From Octopus vulgaris (Eukaryota): a stretch of DNA of 64,000 bases. Positions 1-13,300 of this stretch are shown in pieces (position 1 is the first letter of the stretch; each line of letters opens with the position of its first letter). The notes beneath the pieces were generated by a model. That model was not told where the DNA came from. It made no database searches and was given only the letters and a program-made list of their open reading frames with translations. The stretch lies in assembly GCA_951406725.2 (NCBI GenBank), contig OX597826.1, positions 53,382,001-53,446,000 of the forward strand. The letters are read 5' to 3'. The position numbers were made by a program, and so were the translations under genes.

Positions 1-718
1 GCCGCCTTTTGTATACAAGATTTACCATCATACCAATACTGTCCTTCATTCCCAATCCGTATAAATATACTGTATCTGGCCATGGAAGAAACGTTACTTT
101 GCTTGGAAACAGGTGAGAGCATTCTCCATGTAGGAAATCTACCTCAATGAATTTAGTATAAGCATGACGAAGTAGACATTAAAACGATGGTGGCTTTATA
201 CTGACATTGCATAAATTCCTACAACAAAATTGTAGGACGATTATAACCAGCCGACTTCATGATTTGATTTTGCCAATTACTAATTAATTGACCCAATTAC
301 CATAGAAAGAATATTAGAAAGTTCTATTTTTAGTATTACTGTTTACCCCCTGTAGTTAGTTATTAGTAATGGCGCTATAGTACATGGATACCTCGTGTCT
401 TTTGGATTTGCTTGCAATAACATCTGATAATTTCCCAGTTAATCCAATTGAAATAAAGCTGGAGTATGAAGACACCGCAAACGAGAGCTGTCAACTGTTT
501 CACTCAAATATATCAAGCAAGAAAAGAAATCAACTTTATTCACCGCGAAGGAATTAGCTCACTCTAGAATGTAAGGGAGGTAATTCTAATGTTATAAATT
601 TAGGAGCCCAGATGAACTATAATTGGACATAGTAAAGTTGATCGAAGCGCAATCACAATTTATCAAAATCATTTAGTAGTATGTGTGCGTGTGTGTATTT
701 TCATATATTCGAACTATC

Positions 719-1102
719 GTGGAGGCGCAATGGCCCAGTGGTTAGGGCAGCGGACTCGCGGTCATAGGATCGGGGTTTCGATTCCCAGACCGGGCGTTGT
801 GTGTGTTTATTGAGCGAAAACACCTAAAGCTCCACGAGGCTCTGGCAGGGGATGGTGGTGATCCCTGCTGTACTCTTTCACCACAACTGTCTCTCACTCT
901 TACTTCCTGTTTCTGTTGTACCTGTATTTCAAAGGGCCGGCCTTGTCACTCTCTGTGTCACGCTGAATATCCCCGAGAACTACGTTAATGGTACACGTGT
1001 CTGTGGAGTGCTCAGCCACTTACACGTTAATTTCACGAGCAGGCTGTTCCGTTGATTCGGATCAACCGGAACCCTCATCGTCGTAACCGACGGAGTGCTT
1101 CC
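719..1102 (+). mobile_element. tRNA-derived SINE (family A), full length with 12-bp TSD
   Basis: tRNA-like head with A box (tggcccagtgg) and B box (ggtttcgattcc). Exact flanking direct repeat attcgaactatc at 707-718 and 1103-1114. Related copy on - strand at about 47360-47570. Confidence 0.85.
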
Positions 1103-1303
1103 ATTCGAACTATCAGTTGGTCTGTTCAGAATTCAATAATATTTACTCGTGTAAGTCGCATTCAATTTTTTTATTTGCTTCTTATAGTTTTAGATTTGTC
1201 TTGTGCATAAGTCGCATTCCAGTTTTTTCAGTTAAAATCATGTACTATATAGTGAAATTTGTATATAAGTAAATACGGTGCATTACAGGAAATATTAAAA
1301 AAA

Positions 1304-2065
1304 CTAGCTGAACCTGTGGATATTTCTCAGAATTAATGGTAAACCTGTTGGGTTATTTCTGAAAATTTAATCTAAAAATCCTGAATGCGTAGCCTGTGTT
1401 GTATGTCTGGAAAGATAGTAACTCATCTGCTATTCATTGTAAAATGAAAGAAATTAGAATACGATGATTACTTAATGCACTTTATATATACACTTTATAT
1501 ACTTTAGACACCATTTTATAGACTTTAGACACCATTTTATACACAGCACTCATAAAATAAATATTCACTCTCTCATAAACAAAAGAAATCCCGTACATAT
1601 GATATAGCCTTTACTTAAATTGCGTATATCTGCCACTTAATTAGGCGTGAATATTTCACGGAATTGCACTTATGCGTTAAGTGATAGGTGATATAAAAAA
1701 AAGTTAATTAAATTTTAAGCAATAGCACTTTTCACTATCCAATCGCCACCACCTCGATCTCTATCATCATCCTTCTCTCTCCCTCTCTCTTTCCTCTTTC
1801 CCTTCACTCTCTCTCTGTCTTTCTTTAACCTCACCATCTGAACATTACCCCTCTACTGAAATATCTTTAACTCTCCTCTATACCATCACTACCTTCAACT
1901 AGTTTTTTTTTTTTTAACCACATAATAAAAATTACGTTCCCTTTACCTCATGTCATTGACGCTTCTCTCTGCCTCTTTTCGTCTCGCTCTCTTTTTCTCT
2001 AATCACACGAAACCGTTACCGACGGGCTAAGTAACGAAACGACAAGCAGAATTATATATAATAGA
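1304..2065 (-). mobile_element. Putative non-autonomous Helitron-like element
   Basis: On the minus strand it starts TCTATTATATATAA and ends CTAG followed by T. No TSD. The subterminal hairpin is weak and degenerate. Confidence 0.4.
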
Positions 2066-2659
2066 CATATAATAAGTATTAAAGATACTTATCATAAGAT
2101 ATATAATAAGTATTGAAATAGGGCTACATCGTCATGTTTTTTTAAAATACAGTTTTGTTTTTCATTAAAATGTAGAAAGCTTTAACATTTACATATGTGT
2201 GTCATGTTTATGTTAAGTCTAAAAACCCGTTTTTAAACAGTAAACAAAAACACTCTCACTCACTCACTCACTCACTCACACACACACGCACACACACTTA
2301 TTTATGCAATTTCCGATGGCTTGAGATAATATATTGTACAACATTTTAGTTTTGAAATAAAATATTTTTTTTAAAAACCTGGCAACATAACCTTTTCACT
2401 GTGACCGATTTTCAATATTTCAGATAATTACTTAGAAATGTGGTTAATTGTTCGATCAAGCAACTGTTTTTGATCATTTTTATCATTTGTTTGTTTCAGT
2501 CATTGAACTGTGGTCACCGCCTTGAAGGGTTTATTCAAACAAATCTACCCCTGTACTTTTTTTTACAGTTTAGTACTTATTTTCATTTGCCAAACTGCTA
2601 AATTATGGGGAATAAACAAACCAGCACCAGTTGTCAGACACTGGCAGTGTGTAAATAAA

Positions 2660-2699
<40 letters not shown>

Positions 2700-2795
2700 A
2701 TGGGAAGGTTTATGAAAATAAACAAAAGACAAAGGCAGGTGGAGTACAAACAAACAAATTATTATTATGGCACTCAGGAATAGAAATAGAACAAG

Positions 2796-2833
2796 TCTTT
2801 TATGTTTCGAGCCTACGCTCTTCGACAGAAAGA
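2796..2833 (-). ncRNA. Minimal type I hammerhead-ribozyme-like motif (variant core)
   Basis: Minus strand reads TCTTT CTGTCGA A GAGC-GTAG-GCTC GAAA CA TA AAAGA: perfect stem I and stem II, GAAA, and A6 replaced by U. Confidence 0.55.
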
Positions 2834-3000
2834 TACACAGAAAAAAACAAGGAGAGAAAAAAATGCATGTAGGAGCTAACGATCTATCATGTATATATAC
2901 ACACAGATAGATATAGAGAGTTAGATATAGATATATACATACATACCTACATGTATTACAACAAAAATTTTATATCTTGTACATAGTTGCCCAAGGTTTC

Positions 3001-3135
3001 ATCATCATCGTTTAGCGTCCGTTTTCCATGCTAGCATGGGTTGGACGGTTCAACTGGGGTCTGTGAAGCCAGAAGGCTTCATCAGGCCCAGTCAGATCTG
3101 GCAGTGTTTCTACGGCTGGATGCCCTTCCTAACAA
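3001..3135 (-). mobile_element. SINE family D 3' fragment with (TGA)n tail
   Basis: Near-identical to the 3' ends of copies at 34395-34878 and 46058-46362. Confidence 0.75.
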
Positions 3136-3140
3136 ATGCC

Positions 3141-3174
<34 letters not shown>

Positions 3175-3567
3175 GTGCACACATGGCAGGCTTCTTCCAG
3201 TTTCTGTCTACCAAATCCACTCACAAGACTTTGGTCATTCTGAGGTTATAGAAGACACTTGCTGAAGGTGCAACACAGTGGGACTGAACTCAAAACCTTT
3301 CCTGTACCTAGCAAACAACTTACCACAGAGCCATGCTAATTAATTTTTTTTAACCATGTTTTTATTGAATTGACATCAAACATCCACCCTGTGCTTTTTT
3401 AAAATAGTTAGCTACGAATTGAGAGACATTTAGCTGCCAGGTTGGACGACTTCACTGTGGGTTAAATAATTTGTGTAAAAAATACTTATATGTCATCCAT
3501 GTCCATTAGTGTGAATGTGTCTATAAACCTGATGATTAGTTTAATAAAGTCCTTTTACAATGTTCAA

Positions 3568-3725
3568 CAGGAGTGGCTGTGTGGTAAGTAGCTTGCTTAG
3601 CAACCACATGGTTCCGGGTTCAGTCCCACTGTGTGGCACCTTGGGCAAATGTCTTTTACTATAGCCTCGGGGTGACCAAAGCCTGGTGAATAGATTTGGT
3701 AGACAGAAACTGAAAGAAGCCTGTC

Positions 3726-3764
<39 letters not shown>

Positions 3765-3870
3765 TCCCCTCACCATCACTTGACAATCGATGCTGGGGTG
3801 TGTATGTCGCCATAACTTAACGGTTCAGTCAAATAAATCAATAAAATAAGTACTAGGCTTCCAAAGAATG
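3568..3870 (+). mobile_element. tRNA-derived SINE (family B) with internal microsatellite
   Basis: Head aggagtggctgtgtggtaag...ggttccgggttcagtccc. More than 10 similar copies in the window. Confidence 0.85.
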
Positions 3871-3879
3871 TCTTGTATA

Positions 3880-3911
3880 TATAATACTGTATATATGTAT
3901 ATATAATAGTG

Positions 3912-3946
<35 letters not shown>

Positions 3947-3979
3947 ATATATATGTGTGTGTGTATATATGTGTGTGTG

Positions 3980-4028
<49 letters not shown>

Positions 4029-4212
4029 ATATATATGTGTGTGTGTGTGTGTATATATATGTGTGTGTGTGTGTATATATATGTGTGTGTGTGTGTATAT
4101 ATATATATGTGTGTGTGTATATATATATATATATGTGTGTGTGTATATATGTAGTGTATATATGTAATAGTGTATATGTATATAATAGTGTGTATAAATA
4201 TATATATTTATG
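3880..4212. repeat. Compound (TA)n/(TG)n microsatellite
   Basis: Alternating TA and TG runs seen directly. Confidence 0.95.
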
Positions 4213-4249
4213 AAACGTGTATAACTCAGGATGTATTGCTCTTTTGCAG

Positions 4250-4364
4250 GTTGTCAGTTGATGCCTTACAGAAAGACTTGGGCGTATTTAAAGCCAATGT
4301 CAAAAGATTTAGCACCGATATTAACTCTACTGAGGAAAAAAGTAAATACAGTGATTTCATTAAG
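4250..4364 (+). CDS. Formin internal exon (LSVDALQKDLG...SDFIK)
   Basis: cttttgcag acceptor, AAG|gtaaga donor, phase-0 end matches next exon. Confidence 0.75.
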
Positions 4365-7300
4365 GTAAGACATGTCTTGCAGAGATTCTATTTCCTGATG
4401 AATTCCTCAATGAATTTCTAAGATGATTTTCAATGCTTTTCCATGTTTATATAGTATGTACGCAGACATACAGACAACACAGTCTCTCTCTCTCTCTCTC
4501 TCTCACCCACTCACTCACTCACCCACTCACCCACTCACTCACTCACCCACTCACTCACTCACCCACTCACTCACTCACTCACTCACTCACTCACTCACTC
4601 ACTCACTCACTCTTACACTCACTCACTCACTCTTACACTCACTCACTCTTACACTCACTCACTCACTCTTACACTCACTCACTCACTCTCATAGATGAAC
4701 AGTGTTTTTTGATTTTGTTTAATAATCAATTTGCTAAAAATCTGAGGTTTTATAGATAGGTTAAGAAGCAAAAAAAAAAAAAAAAACTGACTAAGTTGTA
4801 ACAGACTTTAACCCAAGCTGTCACAGTCACAATTTCGTACTACAAGCGACATCTCTTTCACATACAAAGTCAAGTAATCAGTCAGTCAGTAGTTGGTTTT
4901 CATGTGATTGTTTCTCCAGAATTTTCCACATTGTTCTATAAATAGTTATAAAAGGCACCAAGTTTCAAATGATGTTCAAGTTTAAATACTTTAAGGAAAC
5001 ACTTTGATAGTTTTTAGTGTTTTTGTTTTTAGACAGGAACCAGCAAGGAAAATGTTTCCTAATACAGAATTCTTCCCCACGGCAAGATTATCAGCAATGT
5101 AACATAGAGGTTGTCTGTGTTGCTTCTGTTTTACTCATAAAGATTTCATAAAATCTTTATATAATAATTCTTTCTAATTTTTGTACAAGATCGGCAATAT
5201 TGAGAATAGCGAGCAATTTGATTGCATCAACCCAGTACTTATCTGGTACTTTATTTTATCAACCCCTGAGTGTATGAAGGACAAAGTCAATCTCAGCAGA
5301 AATTGAACTCAGAACATGAAGAGTCAGAGGAAATGCCTCTAAAGTGTTTTGATCAGTGTGCTAACAATTCTGTAAAAGTGGGGACAGAAAGTAGAAATAA
5401 ATCAAGAAAGGCAACAATGAAAGCCAAAAGTATATAGGATGAATGGGAAAGTGTTTGAATCTAGTTTTATGGTACCCTTATAGCTAAAATAGTCAGACTA
5501 CTTCATGGTCCCAGCAGACAAAATGGAAAAGACATTACCCCAGAGGATAGTGAGGGAAATGCACTGGAACAGCCACTCTGACACATGTGGCTTACACTTG
5601 CAGATAGTCGTCACTGCCTTAGTTGCGGTGAGCAGGAATACGGTCCAGAGTCTGAGAATGCCAGAGGTCTCCACTGCCACAGGCTCGACCATGAACCTGT
5701 CAGTGCTCAATGCTTTGACAGTCCAAACAGGACTTTCTGTCTCTTTGTGTTTTGTGATGGTAGGCACCCCCTCAGCTGGATTCCACATACTGTGTGACAC
5801 CTTCTCTAGCAGCAACTTGCTGTGTTCCAGTGCTCAATACTTTGACAGTTTGCTTTAGCTCAGCCCAACAAGCAGCAGAGCCTAGGCTGGTAGCTGAACA
5901 CAGCAAGTTGCTGTTAGAGAAGGTGTCACACAGTATGTGGAATTCAGCTGAGGGTGTGCCTACCATCACAAAACACAAAGAGACAGAAAGTCCTGTTTGG
6001 AGCACAAATATAATACATTTATCTTGGAGGTGACCAATTATCAGACTTGCATTGTTACTGAATTACCATTTTGTAATCTTGCAGGTTTCATATTTCTTGC
6101 TTGCTTGACTATTTTTCCTTTTTTGCTTCACTTTCTAGGAAACTTTATTGGAAATAAAAGAAACTGAAGACCAATTTAAAGAAATTGATGACAGGATTCA
6201 AACGTTAAGGGCTCATTTTTGTGAAAAGAAAAAGGACTTTAAGTTGGAAGAATTCCTCAGCAGTTTCAGCAACTTCCTACAAAGTGCCAAGCAATGCCAA
6301 AAGGTAGATTTTAATTTTCTAGAACAGAAAAGAAAATTGTTGACAATTTGGATAGATGAATGGATATGTATGTGTGTGTGTATGTATGTATGTATGTATG
6401 TATGTAACCTTGGTTGTTGTTTTTTTTATCTCATTACGCAAAAAATTCTAATATACACATGCTGACATATGACCAACGTTGAACCCCTTATTCGTAAATT
6501 CACCAAACCTGGAACTTGACTACGGTCTGTCTATAGCACTTATTCAGCATTACCTGACACCTTTGGGTCTCAATGACACCATTACCTCTTATAACCTATA
6601 TATATATAAGCAAAATAGCTAGTTATAAAATCTCAAGAAGTGATAGAGTAGTAACATATACTAAACAGTAAATCAAGTTGCCACATCAAAGTGGCAGTTG
6701 AATGTTACTACCAGTTTAACCCCAGGCAGATTCTCTGCCAGCTGATTTTTTGATGCAGAGTGTTGCACTGAAAACCAGCTCGGGAGAATCTGCTTTACTG
6801 TTTATATATATATTGTTATATTTCGGAATGGTCATTTTGCCAGTTTAGCCAATAAAAACACACGCACTATATATTTGGTGTTACTTTGCTTCACTGTTAT
6901 TTATTTTTTACATTAATCTTAATCTTATTTTGGCCAGAGTTCTTTCATCACACTCCTGTGACCGCATCAGTGGTCCTTTGTTTTCTTCTTTCTTATTTGT
7001 GTCTCTCCTTACTAACCGTCAGCCATTTTGTATTTCTATTGTATGTTTTCATTTGCGCATGCTTATATCTCTATGTGCGTCTTTGTTTATTTAGTGGGGG
7101 GGGGGGGGCTGCCTGAATATTTGTATCTTCTGTTTATATATGTTCATGTAATTTGTTTTTGTTGTTGTTTTTGTTTATTCTTATTTTGTTCATGTGTTTA
7201 CATCCACTTATTATTATCATTACATATGCTTGTATGTATGTATGTATATATATAACAACAATACAAGTAATAATAATAATAATAAATCGAAAAAAAAATA

Positions 7301-10300
7301 ATATAGTTATTTATTTCTATTTGTTTATTTATCTGTGTATTTATTATGTTTTCGGGATCCTCTATGGTCATATGTTGTGTGTGCTAGTGTTCCATTCTAG
7401 TTTTCTATTCAGGCTAGGTTTAATTTCTATTATGTGTGTAGCTTCTGTAATTTGTCTGATTGTTGCATCTGTTCTATGTGTGGACAATATTTTAATTTCT
7501 ATGTTGTTTATTGATCCCCCGTGTCCCTGTTCGGCGTGTTGTTACAGAATCGATGAGCTTTTACCTTCCTTGAGTTGTCTCCAATGTTCATTTACCCGCT
7601 CTCCTATGCTTCTTGCCGTTTCCCCTATGTATGTCGTTGTCTTGTTACTGCATCGTCCCTCTATACATCTTATACTATAGACTACATTTCTGGCTTTACA
7701 GTTTGTTTGTGGGCTAAATCTACATACAGTACGTTACTTATCCGTACAGGGGGTTCTACTAAAAGGATAGGTTCTACCAATTATAGATTTGATAGGGTTG
7801 CCTGGCTTTTCAACAACCTTAATCCTTAGCTTAAGTTTGTCTAGGGTCCTTCTAAAGCAGTACGCCAGTTCACCTCCAGGGGTGGTGTCAACGAACATGA
7901 CACTCTGGTATTTATGGCTATCATACCAAGAGTTGGCCTTCCCTATTTTCTTTTTTGTCCTTTCTATAGTGTTCCATGACTTGTTCCTATAGAGTGGGCA
8001 AATCCCATTCCTATCATTACATAATATATTATCAAATTTCTTCATGGCTCCTTTGTATACTCTGATCCTTTCTTTATGGCTGTAACCTGAGAACTGCATG
8101 CAGTGAATGAAATATTGTATGTGTCTCTTTAACTCTGTAGGCTCGCACATGCGTGACACATTTCTCATTATTCTGACGAGGTCTGCCATCAAAATATTGA
8201 ATTTGGCATTGTCCGCATTGGCTGAGTTCCGGTGGATCAAGTATTTTGAGGCCATAGGTTTGGCATAGTATGAATGAAGGATTTGGGTTTTATTATTCAC
8301 AATTTCTAGCCAGAGTTCAGTGTCTAGTACTGGTAGTCTATGGTTGGGGGTGTTTAGTGGGGTAGTCTATTGTGACCTTAATACTCTGGTGGATGGAGTT
8401 AGCTGTTTGCTGGATGCTCTCCATAGTATTAGTTTCTATTACTATATCAACAGTACTCTCTTGTGGGGGTGCCTTTACCACTATGTTGATATCATCAACA
8501 TAGCGAGAGTACATGTTTACGAGTATGGAGTTCTGTGTTAGGCGTTCTTTAAGCCTTCTGTCCCACCATACCATGAAAAGGTTGGCCACATCACCAGCAA
8601 TACTAACGCCGATGGCTGCCCCCTCGTCCTGGGCATATATTTTATTGTTAAACTTAAACGTGTGGCCTTTTAGGGTAACTCTTATACTAGCTCCTAGTGC
8701 ATGTGCGATCATTTTCTTTACCTGATGGACATTTGCAGGGGTCCGTATGGCTCTGGTCCATCCGCGCCATCTTTCTATATGTGTCTTCCTAGCCATAGAA
8801 GTAATTGTGGGCGGTCTACCTCTTAAACATCTACTGGGGCTGAAACTACTAAGATTATGTTTATGTTTTAAAAAATAAGATTAAGATTAATGTAAAAAAT
8901 AAATAACACTGAAGCAAAGTAACACTAAATATATAGTGCGTGTGTTTTTATTGGCTAAACTGGCAAAATGACCATTCCGAAATATAACAATATCTGTTTC
9001 AACACATGACTTCACATAAAAAATCTTGCACAACAAATATATAAACGTATATATTACTCTTTTACTTGTTTCAGTCATTTGTCTGTGGCCATGCTGGAGC
9101 ACCGCCTTCAGTCGAGCAAATCGACCCCGGGACTTATTCTTTGTAAGACCAGTACTTATTCTATCGGTCTCTTTTGCCGAACCGCTAAGTGACGGGGACG
9201 TAAACACACCAGCATCGGTTGTCAAGCAATGCTAGGGGGACAAACACAGACACGCAAACATACACACAAATACATATATATATATATATATACATATATA
9301 CAACAGGCTTCTTTCAGTTTCCATCCACCAAATCCACTCACAAGGCATTGGTCGGCCCGAGGCTATAGCAGAAGACACTTGCCCAAGATGCCACGCAGTG
9401 GGACTGAACCTGGAACCATGTGGTTGGTAAACAAGCTACTTACCACACAGCCACTCCTGCGCATATATATATATATATATATATATATCTATATGTATAT
9501 AATGAAATAGCTGAGTAAGTACTCAGCACTGGAAAGGTGGATAAGCACTTTCTAGAAGTTTTATTACTCCTCTGGTACCATAGGTTTCCTCTTGACAGAG
9601 ATCAGCATTTTCTCAACCACAATTTGGAAGACAAATAACACTCTGCTATTAAACTTGATAAGAGTAGTTTCAGCAAGAGACCTTTGGTACTTAAGCAGTA
9701 TCAAAATTTCTATAAAAAAAAGGGGTATGTGTATATATGAAAAATGTTTAATTAAAAATTACTTCATGGAAGATTTAAATTTGTTTTTGTTTTTTTCAAG
9801 ATTTTTTTTTTACATAATTCATCATCATCGTTTAACGTCCGTTCTCCATGCTAGCATGGGTTGGATGGTTCGACTGAGGATCTGGGAAGCCAGAAGGCTG
9901 CACCAGGCTCCGGTCTTATCTGGCAATGTTTCTACAGCTGGATGCCCTTCCTAACGCCAACCACTCCGTGAGTGTAGTGGGTGCTTTTTGAGTGCTACCT
10001 GCACTGGTGCCAGGCGAGGCTGGCATCGGCCACGGTCGGATTGGTGCATTTTACGTGCCACCTGCACGGAAGCCAGTCGAGGCGGCACTGGCTTCAGCCA
10101 CGATTCGGATGGTGCTTTTTACGAGCCACCGACACATTTTATAAAAATTTGTTTCAAATACTGTGATTGCATTAAAGCTTTTTCTTAAATGTGTGTGTGT
10201 GTCACAGAAAATGTGAATTATATAATACATATTGAATTCTAATGCAACAGGTTGTGCATACACTGTACATTGATTTGTGTGTGCTCATATATCCCGGGTG

Positions 10301-13300
10301 CAGATTACATAGATAACCAGTTGGAGAAGGCTCCTCCTATGGTTAAAAACGGTAGTAACATTGAATGGCCATATTGATGTGGTAATAAACATTTTTCTGA
10401 GAATAGTCACTACTTTCATCTCTTGCTACTTTGCTTGTTGCAAGATCAGTGACTGATTGTCATTTGGTTTTCTACATATTGGAATTGGAGCAAATTCCTG
10501 CTATTTCTAGTGGCCAGATGTTCAACACAGATGATGGACACAAATAGCCCCAAACCGTTTGGTCTGGTGATTCTGTTGTCTGCTAGAAGATGGTAGGCAT
10601 TCACTCCCTGCTTGCAATATATACCGGGTGCAGATTGCATTATTGATAACCAGCTGGAGGAAGCTCCTCCTGGGGTTAAAAACGGTAGTAACATTGAACA
10701 ACCATATTGATGTGGCAATGAACATTACTTCTCAGTAGAGTTACTACTTTCATCTCTTATAGAGATTTTCTAACTAGCTACTTTATATATTACAGAGATG
10801 TACTTGCATAGCAAGTGACCTGATCTGAGATTTTGTGCTGGAACAAAAACAATTGCAGCATGGAAGGTGTTTATAAGCCATTTAAGAAACACACAAAAAC
10901 CGTTAGATTCACTTCAACATTTAAATTTAATTTGCCAAAATATTTTCATCGCTTTTAGACCGTGACCTGTTCACTGACAACATTCCATACTGCTGTCACA
11001 AAGCAACGAAAATATTTTGGCAAATTAAATTTAAATGTTGAAGTGAATCTAACGGTTTTTGTGTGTTTCTTAAATGGCTTATAAACACCTTCCACACTGC
11101 TATTGTTTACTTTATATATTGACTGGCTTCCATGCTGGTGGCACGTAAAAAGCACCAACCGATCGTGGCACGTAAAAAGCTCCCACTACACTCATGGAGT
11201 GGTTGGTGTTAGGAAGGGCATCCAGCTGTAGAAACTCTGCCAGATCAGACTGGAGCATGTTGCAGCCTCCTGGCTTCCCAGACCACAGTCGAACCATTCA
11301 ACCCATGCTAGCATGGAAAACAGACGTTAAACGATGATGATGATGTCATTTCTTAAATGTGTTCTTGGACAGCTGTAAATATTTGCTGGTGTAAATAAGC
11401 CAATGAAATTTAACAATAACCATGTATTAGGTTTAACATTAGGTTTAGTTCCACTTTCTGTCTATTACATATACATTAATGTAACTCGTTAACCAAACTC
11501 AATTAAAATTGGTATTTCTCAAGGTTACAGTACAACCACCTTTCCATTTCTTATGGAAATCTTTGAAACATAACCTTAATCGTTAACATAACTAAAATGG
11601 TAAATGGTTAAGAGCCCATGTGATTAACAAAGAAATTGTAAACTTGAATTTTGCACACTAGTGTAAATAAAAGAATGTTTATTTGGCACTGGCCAGATTT
11701 GAACTTTGGTGTTTGTACCATTCATTAGTCAATGATTATGAATTACATTTCTGTACCAACATTGGCTGACAATCCTTTCTTAGCCACTTAACAATGGTCA
11801 AGTCACATGGTTGCCACAAAATATTAATATAATAAACAAGTTTATAATCTAAAAGTATTAGTGACCTACAACTCTGAATAACCCGACCCTAGCCATGGCC
11901 ATCACTCACAAGTGAGCATATGACTTAGTAGTTATGTACCATTTTACTTTTTATTTAAGCCTTTCACTCCCTTTGGAGCCCAGACCATCACTGACTTTTC
12001 TCTCTGATCCTTGATTCTAGGCTGTTTTTTTGCGTCTCTCCAGTTGGACCCCTGCTTTTAAAGCTCTACCTTAAGTATCCCACCTCCAGCTATTTTTAGG
12101 ACCTCCCTTGTGGGTTCCAAGTTAGGGCCTGAGGTGTCATGTTTCCTCTTTTGCTTATTTCAGTCATTTGACTGTGGCCTGCTGGAGCACTGCCTTTTAG
12201 TTGAGCAAATCGATCCCAGGACTTATTCTTTGTAAGCCTAGTACTTATTTTATCGGTCTCTTTTGCCGAACCACTAATTTACGGGGACGTGAACACACCA
12301 GCATCGGTTGTCAAGCGATGTTGGGGGGACAAACACACACATACATACATACATATATACGACAGGTTTCTTTCAGTTTCCGTCTACCAAATCCACTCAC
12401 AAGGCTTTGGTCGGCCTGAGGCTATAGTAGAAGACACTTGCCCTAGGTGCCACACACTGGGACCTGGAACCATGTGGTTGGTAAGCAAGCTACTTACCAC
12501 ACAGCCACTCCTACGTCTTGTTGGTTTATAATCATCATCAATGCTTCATTAACTTTTTTTTTATCATTCTTATTATTATGTCATAGGATAACAAACAATA
12601 CAAAATTCGGTTGGAAATGCAACAGAAGAGCCAAAAGAAAAGAGAACAACAAAAACTGATGAACAAAAGAAGAGAATTAAACTCAAAGACAGAATTAGAT
12701 GAAAGTAAGTAATTTTGCTGTCAGAAAGCAAGTCTTTTTATATTTCTCATTTTATTTATTTTTTTTTTTCGGTCATTGGATTGTGGCCATTACTAGAGTG
12801 CTTTGAAAGTTTTAAGAGAACAAGTTGACTCAAGCATGTTTTTCATTCTATCAGTCTCTTTGGCCAAATTACAAAATTATGGGGATGTAAACAAACAAAC
12901 ACTAGTTGTCAAGTGGTGACGAGGAACACACACACACACACATAAATATCACATGCTTTCACCCACTTTCTATCCAAATCCACTCAAGGTATTGGTCAGG
13001 TATTGGTTAGGTAAGGCGGTGAGCTGGCAGAAACGTTAGCACCCCGGGTGAAATGCGTAGCCGTATTTCGTCTGCCGTTACGTTCTGAGTTCAAATTCCG
13101 CCGAGGTCGACTTTGCCTTTCATCCTTTCAGGGTCGATAAATTAAGTACCAGTTACGCACTGGGGTCGATATAATCGACTTAATCCGTTTGTTTGTCCTC
13201 TATGTGTGTGGCCCCTTGTGGGCAATAAAGAAATATATAGGACACTTTTTTAAGGTACCATGCCTGTGTCTACTTTCTCTTATGGCTATCATTTATTAAA

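Noticed and set aside
719-795. tRNA gene-like sequence (also at 20603 and other SINE heads)
   Set aside because: It continues into a SINE body with a TSD and has no intact acceptor stem or poly-T terminator, so it is a SINE head.
3909-4759. Cys/Val/Tyr-rich and His/Ser/Leu/Thr-rich ORFs
   Set aside because: Translations of microsatellites.
7153-7680. 175-aa hydrophobic plus-strand ORF
   Set aside because: Antisense to the PLE GIY-YIG region plus low-complexity AT-rich DNA.
7370-8830. Selenoprotein-coding Naiad-type PLE
   Set aside because: GIY-YIG is C-terminal here, and the interruptions are frameshifts and TAA/TAG stops, consistent with decay.
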